NCBI RefSeq assembly: GCF_009914755.1
Contig: NC_060944.1
Source of the DNA: the human T2T-CHM13v2.0 reference genome, Homo sapiens
Direction: 5' to 3' (one strand)
DNA: 64,000 nt
Both the position numbers and the translations under genes were made by a program. Position 1 is the stretch's first letter; each line of letters starts with the position of its first letter. Below are positions 27,401 through 41,400 of the stretch, piece after piece. A model generated the notes under the pieces. That model did not search any database, was not told the origin of the DNA, and saw nothing but the letters and a program-made list of their open reading frames with translations.

Positions 27401-29450
27401 GGAGTGGAATGGAATGGAATGGAATGGAATGGAATGGAATGGAATGTTATCAAATTGTGTGGAATGGAACAGAATGGAATGGAATTGACTGGAATCAAAC
27501 CGAGTAGAATGTAAAGGAATGGAATGGAACTTTATTAAACAGAGTGTAATGGAATGGAATGTAACGGATTGTAATCGAGTGGAATGGAATGGAATGGAAT
27601 CAAACCGAGTGGAATGCAATGGAATGGTTTGGAATGGAATGGAATGGAATTGAATGGAATTACCCCGAGTGAAATGGCATGGAAAGGAATGGAATACAAT
27701 TTAATGGAATGGAATGGAATCAACCCGAGTGGAATGGAATGGAATGGAATGGAATACAATGCAATGGAATGGAACCAATAAGAGTGGAATGGATTGGAAT
27801 GGAATGGAGTGGAATGAAACGGAATGGAATCAACCAGAGTGGAATGGAATGGAATGGAAAGGAATGGAATGGAATGAAGTGAAATTGTAACAATCCACGT
27901 GGAATGGAATAGAATGGAATGGAAACAAACTGAGTGGAATGGAATGGAATGGAATGGAATGGAATGGAATGGAATGGAATGCAATGGAATGGAATCAACT
28001 CGAATGGAATTGAATGGAATGGATTGGAATGGAAACAAACCATTTGGAATGGAATGGCATGGATTGGAATGGAATGGAATGGATTGGAATGGAATGGAAT
28101 GGAATTGAATGGAATTACCCCGAGTGAAATGGCATGGAAAGGAACGGAATACAATTTAATGGAATGGAATGGAATCAACCCGAGTGGAATGGAATGGAAT
28201 GGAATGGAATACAATGCAATGGAATGGAACCAATAAGAGTGGAATGGATTGGAATGGAATGGAGTGGAATGAAACGGAATGGAATCAACCAGAGTGGAAT
28301 GGAATGGAATGGAATAGAATGGAATGGAATGAAATGAAACTGAAACAATCCGCGTGGAATGGAATAGAACGGAATGCAAACAAACTGAGTGGAATGGAAT
28401 GGAATGGAATGGAATGCAGTGGAATGGAATGGAATGGAATGGAATCAACTCGAATGGAATTGAATGGAATGGATTGGAATGGAAACAAACCGTTTGGAAT
28501 GGAATGGAATGGATTGGAATGGAATGGAATGGATTGGAATGGAATGCAATGGAATGGAATGGAGTCAACCTGAGTGGAATGGAATGGATTGGAATGGAAT
28601 GGAATGGAATGGAATAGAATGAAATGAACCCGATTGGAATGGGATGGAATGGAATGGAATGGAATGGAAAGGAATGGAATGGCATGGAATAAACCGGACT
28701 GCAATGGAATGGAATGGAATGGAATCCACCCGAGTGCAATGGAACGGAATGCAATGGTATGGATTGGAATGGAATAAACAAGAGTGGATTGGAACGGAAT
28801 GGAATGCAATGGAATGGAATGGAATGGAGTGGAATGGAATGGAATGGAATGAAATGGAATGGAATGGAATGGATGGAATGGAATCAACCTGAGTGGAATG
28901 GAATGGAATGGAATGGTAAGGAATCAAACCAAGTGGAATGGAAAGGAATCGAATGGAATGCAATGGAACGGAATCAACCCAAGTGGAAAGGAATGGAATG
29001 GAATGGATTCGAATGGAATGGAATGGAATGCAGTCAACCCGAGTGGAATGGTGTGGAATCTCATGGAATGGAATGCAATCAACCCAACTGGAATTGAATG
29101 CAAAGGAATGTAATGGAATGGAATGGAATCAACACGAGTGGAATGCAATGGAATGGAATGGAATGGAATGGAATGGAATGGAATGGAATGGAATGGAATG
29201 GAATGGAATGAAATGTAATCATACTGTGTGGAACGGAATGGAATGGACTGGAATGGAATAAATCTGACTGGTATTGAAAGGAATATGTTGGAATAGAATG
29301 GAATGGATTGGAATGGAATGCAATGGAATGGAATGGAATGGAATGGAATGGAATGGAATGGAATGGAATGGAATGGAATGGAATAGAATGGAATGAAATC
29401 AACCTGAGTGGAATGGAATGGAATGGAATGGAAAGGAATCAAAACAAGTG

Positions 29451-32400
29451 GAATGGAAAGGAATCGAATGGAATGCAATGGAATGGAATCAACCCAAGTG
29501 GAAAGGAATGGAATGGAATGGATTCGAATGGAATGGAATGGAATGCAGTCAACCCGAGTGGAATGGTATGGAATCTCATGGAATGGAATGCAATCAACCC
29601 AACTAGAATTGAATGCAAAGGAATGGAATGGAATGGAATGGAATCAACACGAGTGGAATGCAATGGAATGGAATGGAATGGAATGGAATGGAATGGAATG
29701 AAATGTAATCATACTGTGTGGAACGGAATGGAATGGAATGGAATGGAGTCAACCCGAGAGGAATGGAATGGAATGGAATGGAATGGAATGGAATGGAATG
29801 GAATGGAATTGATTGGAATGGAATGAAACGGAATGGAGTCAACCCGAATGGAATGGAATGGAAAGGTATCAAACCGAATGGAATGGAATGGAAAGGAATG
29901 AAATGCAATGGAATGGATTGGAATGGAACCAACATGAGTGGAAGGGAAAGGAATTGAATGTAATGAAGTAGAATGGAATGGAATCAAAGCAAGTGGAATG
30001 GAAAGGATTGGTATAGAATAGAAAGGAAAGGAATGGAATGGAAAAATCAAGACTGGAATGTAATGCAATAGATTGGAATCGATTGGAATGGAATCCACCC
30101 GAGTGCAATGAAATGGAATGGAATGGAATGGAATGGAAACAACACGAGTGGAATGGAATGGAAAGGAATGGAACGGAATGGAATGGAATGGAATGGAATA
30201 GATTGGAATGGAATGGAAACGAATGGAATCAACCTGAGTGGAATGGAATGGATTAGAATGGAATGGAATGGAATGGAATGAACCCGATTGTAATGGAATG
30301 GAATGGAATGGAATGGAATGGAATGGATTGGATTCAACCCGAGGGGAATGGAATGGAATGGAGTGGAATGGAATGGAATGGAATAGAATGGATTGGAATG
30401 GAATAGAATAAAATGGAATCAACCTGAGTGGAATGGAATGGATTGGAATGGAATGGAATGGAATGAACCCGATTGTAATGGAATGGAATGGAATGGAATG
30501 GAATGGAATGGAATGGAATGGAATGGAATGGAATGGATTGGATTCAACCCGAGGGGATTGGAATGGAATGGAGTGGAATGGAATGGAATGGAATGGAATG
30601 GAATGGAATGTTATTAAATTGTGTGGAATGGAACAGAATGGAATGGAATTGACTGGAATCAAACCGAGTAGAATGTAAAGGAATGGAATGGAACTTTATT
30701 AAACCGATTGTAATGGAATGGAATGTAACGGATTGTAATCGAATGGAATGGAATGGAATGGAATCAAACCGAGTGGAATGCAATGGAATGGTTTGGAATG
30801 GAATGGAATGGAATTGAATGGAATTACCCCGAGTGAAATGGCATGGAAAGGAACGGAATACAATTTAATGGAATGGAATGGAATCAACCCGAGTGGAATG
30901 GAATGGAATGGAATGGAATACAATGCAATGGAATGGAACCAATAATAGTGGAATGGATTGGAATGGAATGGAGTGGAATGAAACGGAATGGAATCAACCA
31001 GAGTGGAATGGAATGGAATGGAAAGGAATGGAATGGAATGAAGTGAAACTGTAACAATCCACGTGGAATGGAATAGAATGGAATGGAAAGGAATGGAATG
31101 GAATGAAGTGAAATTGTAACAATCCACGTGGAATGGAATAGAATGGAATGGAAACAAACTGAGTGGAATGGAATGGAATGGAATGGAATGGAATGGAATG
31201 CAATGGAATCAACTCGAATGGAATTTAATGGAATGGATTGGAATGGAAACAAACCGTTTGGAATGGAATGGAATGGATTGGAATGGAATGGAATGGATTG
31301 GAATGGAATGGAACGGAATGGAAACAAACCGTTTGGATTGGAATGGAATGGATTGGAATGGAATGGAATGGATTGGAATGGAATGGAATGGAATGGAATC
31401 AACCTGAGTGGAATGGAATGGATTGGAATGGAATGAAATGGAATGGAATGGAATGAAATGAACCCGATTGGAATGGGATGGAATGGAATGGAATGGAATG
31501 GAATGGAATGGAATGGAATGGAATGGAATCAACCCGAATGGAATTGAATGGAATGGATTGGAATGGAGACAAACCGTTTGGAATGGTATGGAATGGATTG
31601 GAATGGAATGGAATGGATTGGAATGAAATGGAATGGAATGGAAACAAACCGTTTGGAATGGAATGGAATGGATTGGAATGTAATGGAATGGATTGTAATG
31701 TAATGGAATAGAATGGAATCAACCTGAGAGGAATGGAATGGATTGGAATGGAATGAAATGGAATGGAATGGAATGAAATGAACCCGATTGGAATGGGATG
31801 GAATGGAATGGAATGGAATGGAAAGGAATGGAATGGCATGGAATCAACCGGACTGCAATGGAATGGAATGGAATGGAATGGAATGGAATGGAATGGAATG
31901 GAATGGATTCAATGGAATCAACCTGAGTGGAATGGAATGGAGTGGAATGGAAAGGAATCAAACCAAGTGGAATGGAAAGGAATCGAATGCAATGCAATGG
32001 AATGGAATCAACCCAAGAGGAAAGGAATGGAATGGAATGGATTCGAATGGCATGGAATGGAATGCAGTCAAACCGAGTGGAATGGTATGGAATCTCATGG
32101 AATGGAATGCAATCAACCGAACTGGAATTGAATGCAAAGGAATGTAATGGAATGGAATGGAATCAACACGAGTGGAATGCAATGGAATGGAATGGAATGG
32201 AATGGAATGGAATGGAATGGAATGGAATGAAATGTAATCATACTGTGTGGAACGGAATGAAATGGACTGGAATGGAATCAATCCGACTGGTATTGAAAGG
32301 AATATTTTGGAATAGAATGGAATGGATTGGAATGGAATGCAATGGAATGGAATGGAATGGAATGGAATGCAATGGAATGGAATGGAATGCAATGGAATGG

Positions 32401-35400
32401 AATGGAATGGAATCAACCTGAGTGGAATGGAATGGAATGGAATGGATAGGAATCAAACCAAGTGGAATGGAAAGGAATCGAATGGAATGCAATTTAATGG
32501 AATCAACCCAAGTGGAAAGGAATGGAATGGAATGGATTCGAATGGAATGGAATGGAATGCAGTCAAGCCGAGTGGAATGGTGTGGAATCTCCTGGAATGG
32601 AATGCAATCAACCCAACTGGAAGTGAATGCAAAGGAATGGAATGGAATGGAATGGAATGGAATCAACAGGAGTGGAATGCAATGGAATGGAATGGAATGG
32701 AATGGAATGGAATGACAGGTAATCATACTGTGTGGAACGGAATGGAATGGAATGGAATGGAGTCAACCCGAGTGGAATGGAATGGAATGGAATGGAATGA
32801 AATGGAATGGAATGGAATGGAATGGAATGGATTGGAATGGAATGAAATGGAATGGAGTCAACCCGAATGGAATGGAATGGAATGGAAAGGTATCAACCCG
32901 ACTGGAATGGAATGGAAAGGAATGGAAAGGAGTGGAATGGGTTGGAATGGAATCAACATAAGTGGAAGGGAAAGGAATTGAATGTAATGAAGTAGAATGG
33001 AATGGAATCAAAGCAAGTTGAATGGAAAGGATTGGTATAGAATAGAATGGAAAGGAATGGAATGGAAACATCAAGACTGGAATGTAATGCAATAGATTGG
33101 AATCGATTGGAATGGAATCCACCCGAGTGCAATGAAATGGAATGGAATGGCATGGAATCAACACGAATGGAATGGAATGGAATGGAATGGAATGGAATGG
33201 AATGGAATGAATTGGAATGGAATGGAATCGAATGGAATCAACCTGAGTGGAATGGAATGGATTGGAATGGAATGGAATGGAATGAACCCGATTGTAATGG
33301 AATGGAATGGAATGGAATGGAATGGAATGGAATGGAATGGAATGAAATGGATTGGATTCAACCCGAGGGGAATGGAATGGAATGGAGTGGAATGGAATGG
33401 AATGGAATGGAATGGAATGGAATGTTATCAAATTGTGTGGAATGGAACAGAATGGAATGGAATTGACTGGAATCAAACCGAGTAGAATGTAAAGGAATGG
33501 AATGGAAAGTTATTAAACCGAGTGTAATGGAATGGAATGTAACGGATTGTAATCGAATGGAATGGAATGGAATGGAATCAAACCGAGTGGAATGCAATGG
33601 AATGGTTTGGAATGCAATGGAATGGAATTGAATGGAATTACCCCGAGTGAAATGGCATGGAAAGGAACGGAATACAATTTAATGGAATGGAATGGAATCA
33701 ACCCGAGTGGAATGGAATGGAATGGAATGGAATACAATGCAATGGAATGGAACAAATAAGAGTGGAATGGATTGGAATGGAATGGAGTGGAATGAAACGG
33801 AATGCAATCAACCAGAGTGGAATTGAATGGAATGGAAAGGAATGGAATGGAATGAAATGAAATTGAAACAATCCGCGTGTAATGGAATAGAATGGAATGG
33901 AAAGAAAACTGAGTGGAATGGAATGGAATGGAATGGAATGGAATGGAATGGAATCAACCCGAATGGAATTGAATGGAATGGATTGGCATGGAAACAAACC
34001 GTTTGGAATGGAATGGAATGGATTGGAATGGAATGGAATGGATTGGAATGGAATGGAATGGAATGGAAAGAAACCGTTTGGAATGGAATGGAATGGATTG
34101 GAATGGAATGGAATGGATTGGAATAGAATGGAATGGAATCTAATCAACCTGAGTGGAATGGAATGGACTGGAATGGAATGGAATGGAATGGAATGGAATG
34201 GAATGAAATGAACCCGATTGGAATGGGATGGAATGGAATGGAATGGAATGGAATGGAATGGAAATGAATGGAATAGCATGGAATCAACCGGACTGCAATG
34301 GAATGGAATGGAATGGAATTGAATGGAATGGATGGAATGGAATCAACCTGAGTTGAATGGAATGGAATGGAATGGAAAGGAATCAAACCAAGTGGAATGG
34401 AAAGGAATCGAATGGAATGCAATGGAATGGAATCAACCCAAGTGGAAAGGAATGGAATGGAATGGATTCGAATGGAATGGTATGGAATGCAGTCAACCCG
34501 AGAGGAATGGTATGGAATCTCATGGAATGGAATGCAATCAAATCAACAGGAATTGAATGCAAAGGAATGTAATGGAATGGAATGGAATCAACACGAGTGG
34601 AATGCAATGGAATGGAATGGAATGGAATGGAATGGAATGGAATGGAATGGAATCAACCTGAGTGGAATGGAATGGAATGGAAAGGAATCAAACCAAGTGG
34701 AATGGAAAGGAATCGCATGGAATGCAATGGAATGGAATCAACCCAAGTGGAAAGGAATGGAATGGAATGGACTCGAATGGAATGGAATGGAATGCAGTCA
34801 ACCCGAGTGGAATGGTATGGAATCTCATGGAATGGAATGCAATCAACCCAACTGGAATTGAATGCAAAGGAATGGAATGGAATGGAATGGAATCAACACG
34901 AGTGGAATGCAATGGAATGGAATGGAATGGAATGGAATGGAATGGAATGGAATGAAATGTAATCATACTGTGTGAAACGGAATGGAATGGAATGGAATGG
35001 AGTCAACCCGAGAGGAATGGAATGGAATGGAATGGAATGGAATGGAATGGAATGGAATGGAATGGATTGGAATGGAATGAAACGGAATGGAGTCAACCCG
35101 AATGGAATGGAATGGAAAGGTATCAAACCGACTGGAATGGAAAGGAAAGGAATGAAATGCAATGGAATGGATTGGAATGGAACCAACATGAGTGGAAGGG
35201 AAAGGAATTGATTGTAATGAAGTAGAATGGAATGGAATCAAAGCAAGTGGAATGGAAAGGATTGGTATAGAATAGAATGGAAAGGAATGGAATGGAAACA
35301 TCAAGACTGGAATGTAATGCAATAGATTGGAATAGATTCGAATGGAATCCACCCGAGTGCAATGAAATGGAATGGAATGGAATGGAAACAACACGAGTGG

Positions 35401-38400
35401 AATGGAATGGAAAGGAATGGAACGGAATGGAATGGAATGCAATGGAATGGAATAGATTGGAATGGAATGGAATGCAGTCAACCCGAGTGGAATGGTATGG
35501 AATCTCATGGAATGGAATGCAATCAAATCAACTGGAATTGATTGCATAGGAATGTAATGGAATGGAATGGAATCAACACGAGTGGAATGCAATGGAATGG
35601 AATGGAATGGAATGGAATGAAATGTAATCATACTGTGTGGAACGGAATGGAATGGAATGGAATGGTGTCAACCCGAGTGGAATGGAATGGAATGGAATGG
35701 AATGGAATGGAATGGAATGGAATGGAATGGATTGGAATGGAATGAAATGGAATGGAGTCAACCCGAATGGAATGGAATCGAAAGGTATCAACCCGACTGG
35801 AATGGAATGGAAAGGAATGGAATGGAATGGAATGGATTGGAATGGAATCAACATGAGTGGAAGGGAAAGGAATTGAATGTAATGAAGTAGAATGGAATGC
35901 AATCAAAGCAAGTGGAATGGAAAGGATTGGTATAGAATAGAATGGAAAGGAATGGAATGGAAACAAAAAGACTGGAATGTAATGCAATAGATTGGAATCG
36001 ATTGGAATGGAATCCACCCGAGTGCAATGAAATGGAATGGAATGGAATGGAAATAACACGAGTGGAATGGAATGGAATGGAATAGAATGGAATGGAAACA
36101 AACTGAGTGGAATGGAATGGAATTGAATGGAATTGAATTGAATGGAATGGAATGGAATGGAATCAAATCGAATGGAATAGAATGGAATGGATTGGAATGG
36201 AAACAAACCATTTGGAATGGAATGGAATGGATTGGAATGGAATGGAATGTATTGGAATGGAATGGAATGGAATGGAATCAAACTGAGTGGAATGGAATGG
36301 ATTGGAATGGAATGGAATGGAATGGAATGAAATGAAATCAACCCTATTGGAATGGGATGGAATGGAATGGAATGGAATCGAAAGGAATGGAATGGCATGG
36401 AATCAACCGGACTGAAATGGAATGCAATGGAATGGAATGGAATGGAATGGAGTGGAATGGAATGGATGGAATGGAATCTACCCGAGTTGAATGTAATGGA
36501 ATCGAAAGCAATGGAATTCAATGGAATGGAAAGGAACGGAATGGAATGGAATGGAATGGAATGGAATGGAATCAAACCAAGTAGAATGAAATGGAAAGGA
36601 ATGGATTGGAATCGAATGGAAAGGAATGGAATGGAAGCAAGCCGAGTGGAAGGAAATGGAATCGATTGGAATGGAATGGAATGGAATCCACCCGAGTGCA
36701 ATGGAACGGAATGCAATGGTATGGATTGGAATGGAATAAACAAGAGTGGATTGGAACGGAATGGAATGGAGTGGAATGGAGTGGAATGGAATGGAATCCA
36801 CCCGAGTGGAATGGAATGGAATGGAATGGAATACAATGCAATGGAATGGAACCAATAAGAGTGGAATGGATTGGAATGGAATGGAGTGGAATGAAACGGA
36901 ATGGAATCAACCAGAGTGGAATGCAATGGAATGGAATGGAATGGAATAGAATGGAATGGAATGGAATGAAATGAAATTGAAACAATCCGCGTGGAATGGA
37001 ATAGAATGGAATGGAAAAAAACTGAGTGGAATGGAATGGAATGGAATGGAATGGAATGGAATGGAATGGAATGGAATGGAATCAACCAGAATGGAATTGA
37101 ATGGAATGGATTGGAATGGAAACAAACCGTTTAGAATGGAATGGAATGGATTGGAATGGAATGGAATGGATTGGAATGGAATGGAATGGAATGGAAACAA
37201 ACCGTTTGGAATGGAATGGAATGGATTGGAATGGAATGGAATGGATTGGAATGGAATGGAATGCAATGGAATCAACCTGAGTGGAATGGAATGGATTGGA
37301 AAGGAATATAATGGCAAGGAAAGGAATGGAATGAAATGAACCCGATTGGAATGGGATGGAATGGAATGGAATGAAATGGAAAGGAATGGAATGGCATGGA
37401 ATCAACCGGACTGCAATGGAATGGAATGGAATGGAATGGAATGGAATGGAATGGATGGAATGGAATCAACCTGAGTGGAATGGAATGGAATGGAATGGTA
37501 AGGAATCAAACCAAGTGGAATGGAAAGGAATCGAATGGAATGCAATGGAACGGAATCAACCCAAGTGGAAAGGAATGGAATGGAATGGATTCGAATGGAA
37601 TGGAATGGAATGCAGTCAACCCGAGTGGAATGGTGTGGAATCTCATGGAATGGAATGCAATCAACCCAACTGGAATTGAATGCAAAGGAATGTAATGGAA
37701 TGGAATGGAATCAACACGAGTGGAATGCAATGGAATGGAATGGAATGGAATGGAATGGAATGGAATGGAATGGAATGAAATGTAATCATACTGTGTGGAA
37801 CGGAATGGAATGGACTGGAATGGAATAAATCTGACTGGTATTGAAAGGAATATGTTGGAATAGAATGGAATGGATTGGAATGGAATGCAATGGAATGGAA
37901 TGGAATGGAATGGAATGGAATGGAATGGAATAGAATGGAATGAAATCAACCTGAGTGGAATGGAATGGAATGGAATGGAAAGGAATCAAACCAAGTGGAA
38001 TGGAAACGAATCGAATGGAATGCAATGGAATGGAATTAACCCAAGTGGAAAGGAATGGAATGGAATGGATTCGAATGGAATGGAATGGAATGCAGTCAAC
38101 CCGAGTGGAATGGTATGGAATCTCATGGAATGGAATGCAATCAAATCAACTGGAATTGAATGCAAAGGAATGGAATGGAATGGAATGGAATCAACACGAG
38201 TGGAATGCAATGGAATGGAATGGAATGGAATGGAATGAAATGTAATCATACTGTGTGGAATGGAATGGAATGGAATGGAATGGAATGGAGTCAACCTGAG
38301 TGGAATGGAATGGAATGGAATGGAATGGAATGGAATGGAATGGAATGGAATGGATTGGAATGGAATGAAATGGAATGGAGTCAACCCGAATGGAATGGAA

Positions 38401-41400
38401 TGGAAAGGTATCAACCCGACTGGAATGGAATGGAAAGGAATGGAATGGAATGGAATGGATTGCAATGGAATCAACATGAGTGGAAGGGAAAGGAATTGAA
38501 TGTAATGAAGTAGAATGGAATGGAATCAAAGCAAGTGGAATGGAAAGGATTGGTATAGAATAGAATGGAAAGGAATGGAATGGAAACATCAAGACTGGAA
38601 TGTAATGAAATAGATTGGAATCGATTGGAATGGAATCCACCCGAGTGCAATGAAATGGAATGGAATGGAATGGAAATAACACGAGTGGAATGGAATGGAA
38701 TGGAATAGAATGGAATGGAAACAAACTGAGTGGAATGGAATGGAATTGAATGGAATTGAATTGAATGGAATGGAATGGAATGGAATCAACTCGAATGGAA
38801 TTGAATGGAATGGATTGGAATGGAATGGAATGTATTGGAATGGAATGGAATGGAATGGAATCAAACTGAGTGGAATGGAATGGATTGGAATGGAATGGAA
38901 TGGAATGGAATGAAATGAAATCAACCCTATTGGAATGGGATGGAATGGAATGGAATGGATTCGAAAGGAATGGAATGGCATGGAATCAACCGGACTGAAA
39001 TGGAATGCAATGGAATGGAATGGAATGGAATGGAATGGAATGGAATGGAATGGATGGAATGGAATCTACCCGAGTTGAATGTAATGGAATCGAAAGCAAT
39101 GGAATGGAATGGAATGGAATGGAATGGAATGGAATGGAATGGAATGGAATCAAACCAAGTAGAATGAAATGGAAAGGAATGGATTGGAATCAAATGGAAA
39201 GGAATGGAATGGAAGCAAGCCGAGTGGAAGGAAATGGAATCGATTGGAATGGTATGGAATGGAATCCACCCGAGTGCAATGGAACGGAATGCAATGGTAT
39301 GGAATGGAATGGAATAAACAAGAGTGGATTGGAACGGAATGGAATGGAGTGGAATGCAGTGGAATGGAATCTAATCCACCCGAGTGGAATGGAATGGAAT
39401 TGAATGGAATACAATGCAATGGAATGCAACCAATAAGAGTGGAATGGATTGGAATGGAATGGAGTGGAATGAAACGGAATGGAATCAACCAGAGTGGAAT
39501 AGAATGGAATGGAATGGAATGGAATGGAATCAAACCAAGTAGAATGAAATGGAAAGGAATGGATTGGAATCGAATGGGAAGGAATGGAATGGAAGCAAGC
39601 CGAGTGGAAGGAAATGGAATCGATTGGAATGGAATGGAATGGAATCCACCCGAGTGCAATGGAACGGAATGCAATGGTATGGATTGGAATGGAATAAACA
39701 AGAGTGGATTGGAACGGAATGGAGTGGAATGGAGTGGAATGGAATGGAATCCACCCGAGTGGAATGGAATGGAATGGAATGGAATACAATGCAATGGAAT
39801 GGAACCAATAAGAGTGGAATGGATTGGAATGGAATGCAGTGGAATGAAACGGAATGGAATCAACCAGAGTGGAATGGAATGGAATGGAATGGAATGGAAT
39901 GGAATGGAATGAAATGAAATTGAAACAATCCGCGTGGAATGGAATAGAATGGAATGGAAAAAAACTGAGTGGAATGGAATGGAATGGAATGGAATGGAAT
40001 GGAATGGAATGGAATCAACCAGAATGGAATTCAATGGAATGGATTGGAATGGAAACAAACCGTTTGGAACCCAATGGAATGGATTGGAATTGAATGGAAT
40101 GGATTGGAATGGAATGGAATGGAATGGAAACAAACCGTTTGGAATGGAATGGAATGGATTGGAATGGAATGGAATGGATTGGAATGGAATGGAATGCAAT
40201 GGAATCAACCTGAGTGGAATGGAATGGATTGGAAAGGAATGGAATGGAATGGAAAGGAATGGAATGAAATGAACACGATTGGAATGGGACGGAATGGAAT
40301 GGAATGAAATGAAAAGGAATGGAATGGCATGGAATCAACCGGACTGCAATGGAATGGAATGGAATGGAATGGAATGGAATGGAATGGAATGGAATGAAAT
40401 GGATGGAATGGAATCAACCTGAGTGGAATGGAATGGAATGGAATGGTAAGGAATCAAACCAAGTGGAATGGAAAGGAATCGAATGGAATGCAATGGAACG
40501 GAATCAACCCAAGTGGAAAGGAATGGAATGGAATGGATTCGAATGGAATGGAATGGAATGCAGTCAACCCGAGTGGAATGGTGTGGAATCTCATGGAATG
40601 GAATGCAATCAACCGAACTGGAATTGAATGCAAAGGAATGTAATGGAATGGAATGGAATCAACACGAGTGGAATGCAATGTAATGGAATGGAATGGAATG
40701 GAATGGAATGGAATGGAATGAAATGTAATCATACTGTGTGGAACGGAATGGAATGGACTGGAATGGAATAAATCCGACTGGTATTGAAAGGAATATGTTG
40801 GAATAGAATGGAATGGATTGGAATGGAATGCAATGGAACGGAATGGAATGGAATGGAATGGAATGGAATGAAATCAACCTGAGTGGAATGGAATGGAATG
40901 GAATGGAAAGGAATCAAACCAAGTGGAATGGAAACGAATCGAATGGAATGCAATGGAATGGAATTAACCCAAGTGGAAAGGAATGGAATGGAATGGATTT
41001 GAATGGAATGGAATGGAATGCAGTCAACCCGAGTGAAATGGTATGGAATCTCATGGAATGGAATGCAATCAAATCAACTGGAATTGAATGCAAAGGAATG
41101 TAATGGAATGGAATGGAATCAACACGAGTGGAATGCAATGGAATGGAATGGAATGGAATGAAATGTAATCATACTGTGTGGAATGGAATGGAATGGAATG
41201 GAGTCAACCTGAGTGGAATGGAATGGAATGGAATGGAATGGAATGGAATGGAATGGAATGGAATGGAATGGAATGGATTGGAATGGATTGGAATGGAAAG
41301 AAATGGAATGGAGTCAACACGAATGGAATGGAATGGAAAGGTATCAACCCGACTGGAATGGAATGGAAAGGAATGGAATGGAATGGAATGGATTGCATTG

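Larger units (their letters stand above)
6625..29450 (+). repeat. ~22.8 kb super-unit, copy 1
   Basis: Near-identical to sequence starting at ~29451. Matching ORFs lie at offsets 22821 (6782/29603), 22791 (12837/35628), 22786 (20569/43355) and 22781 (24815/47596). Confidence 0.92.
15736..29450 (+). repeat. ~7.1 kb three-monomer higher-order repeat, first block (~1.9 copies; 2.94+1.20+2.95 kb)
   Basis: Anchor spacings are 2938, 1195, 2949, 2998 and 1210. One ACTAGT (SpeI) site per unit at 18828 and 25970. Confidence 0.9.
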
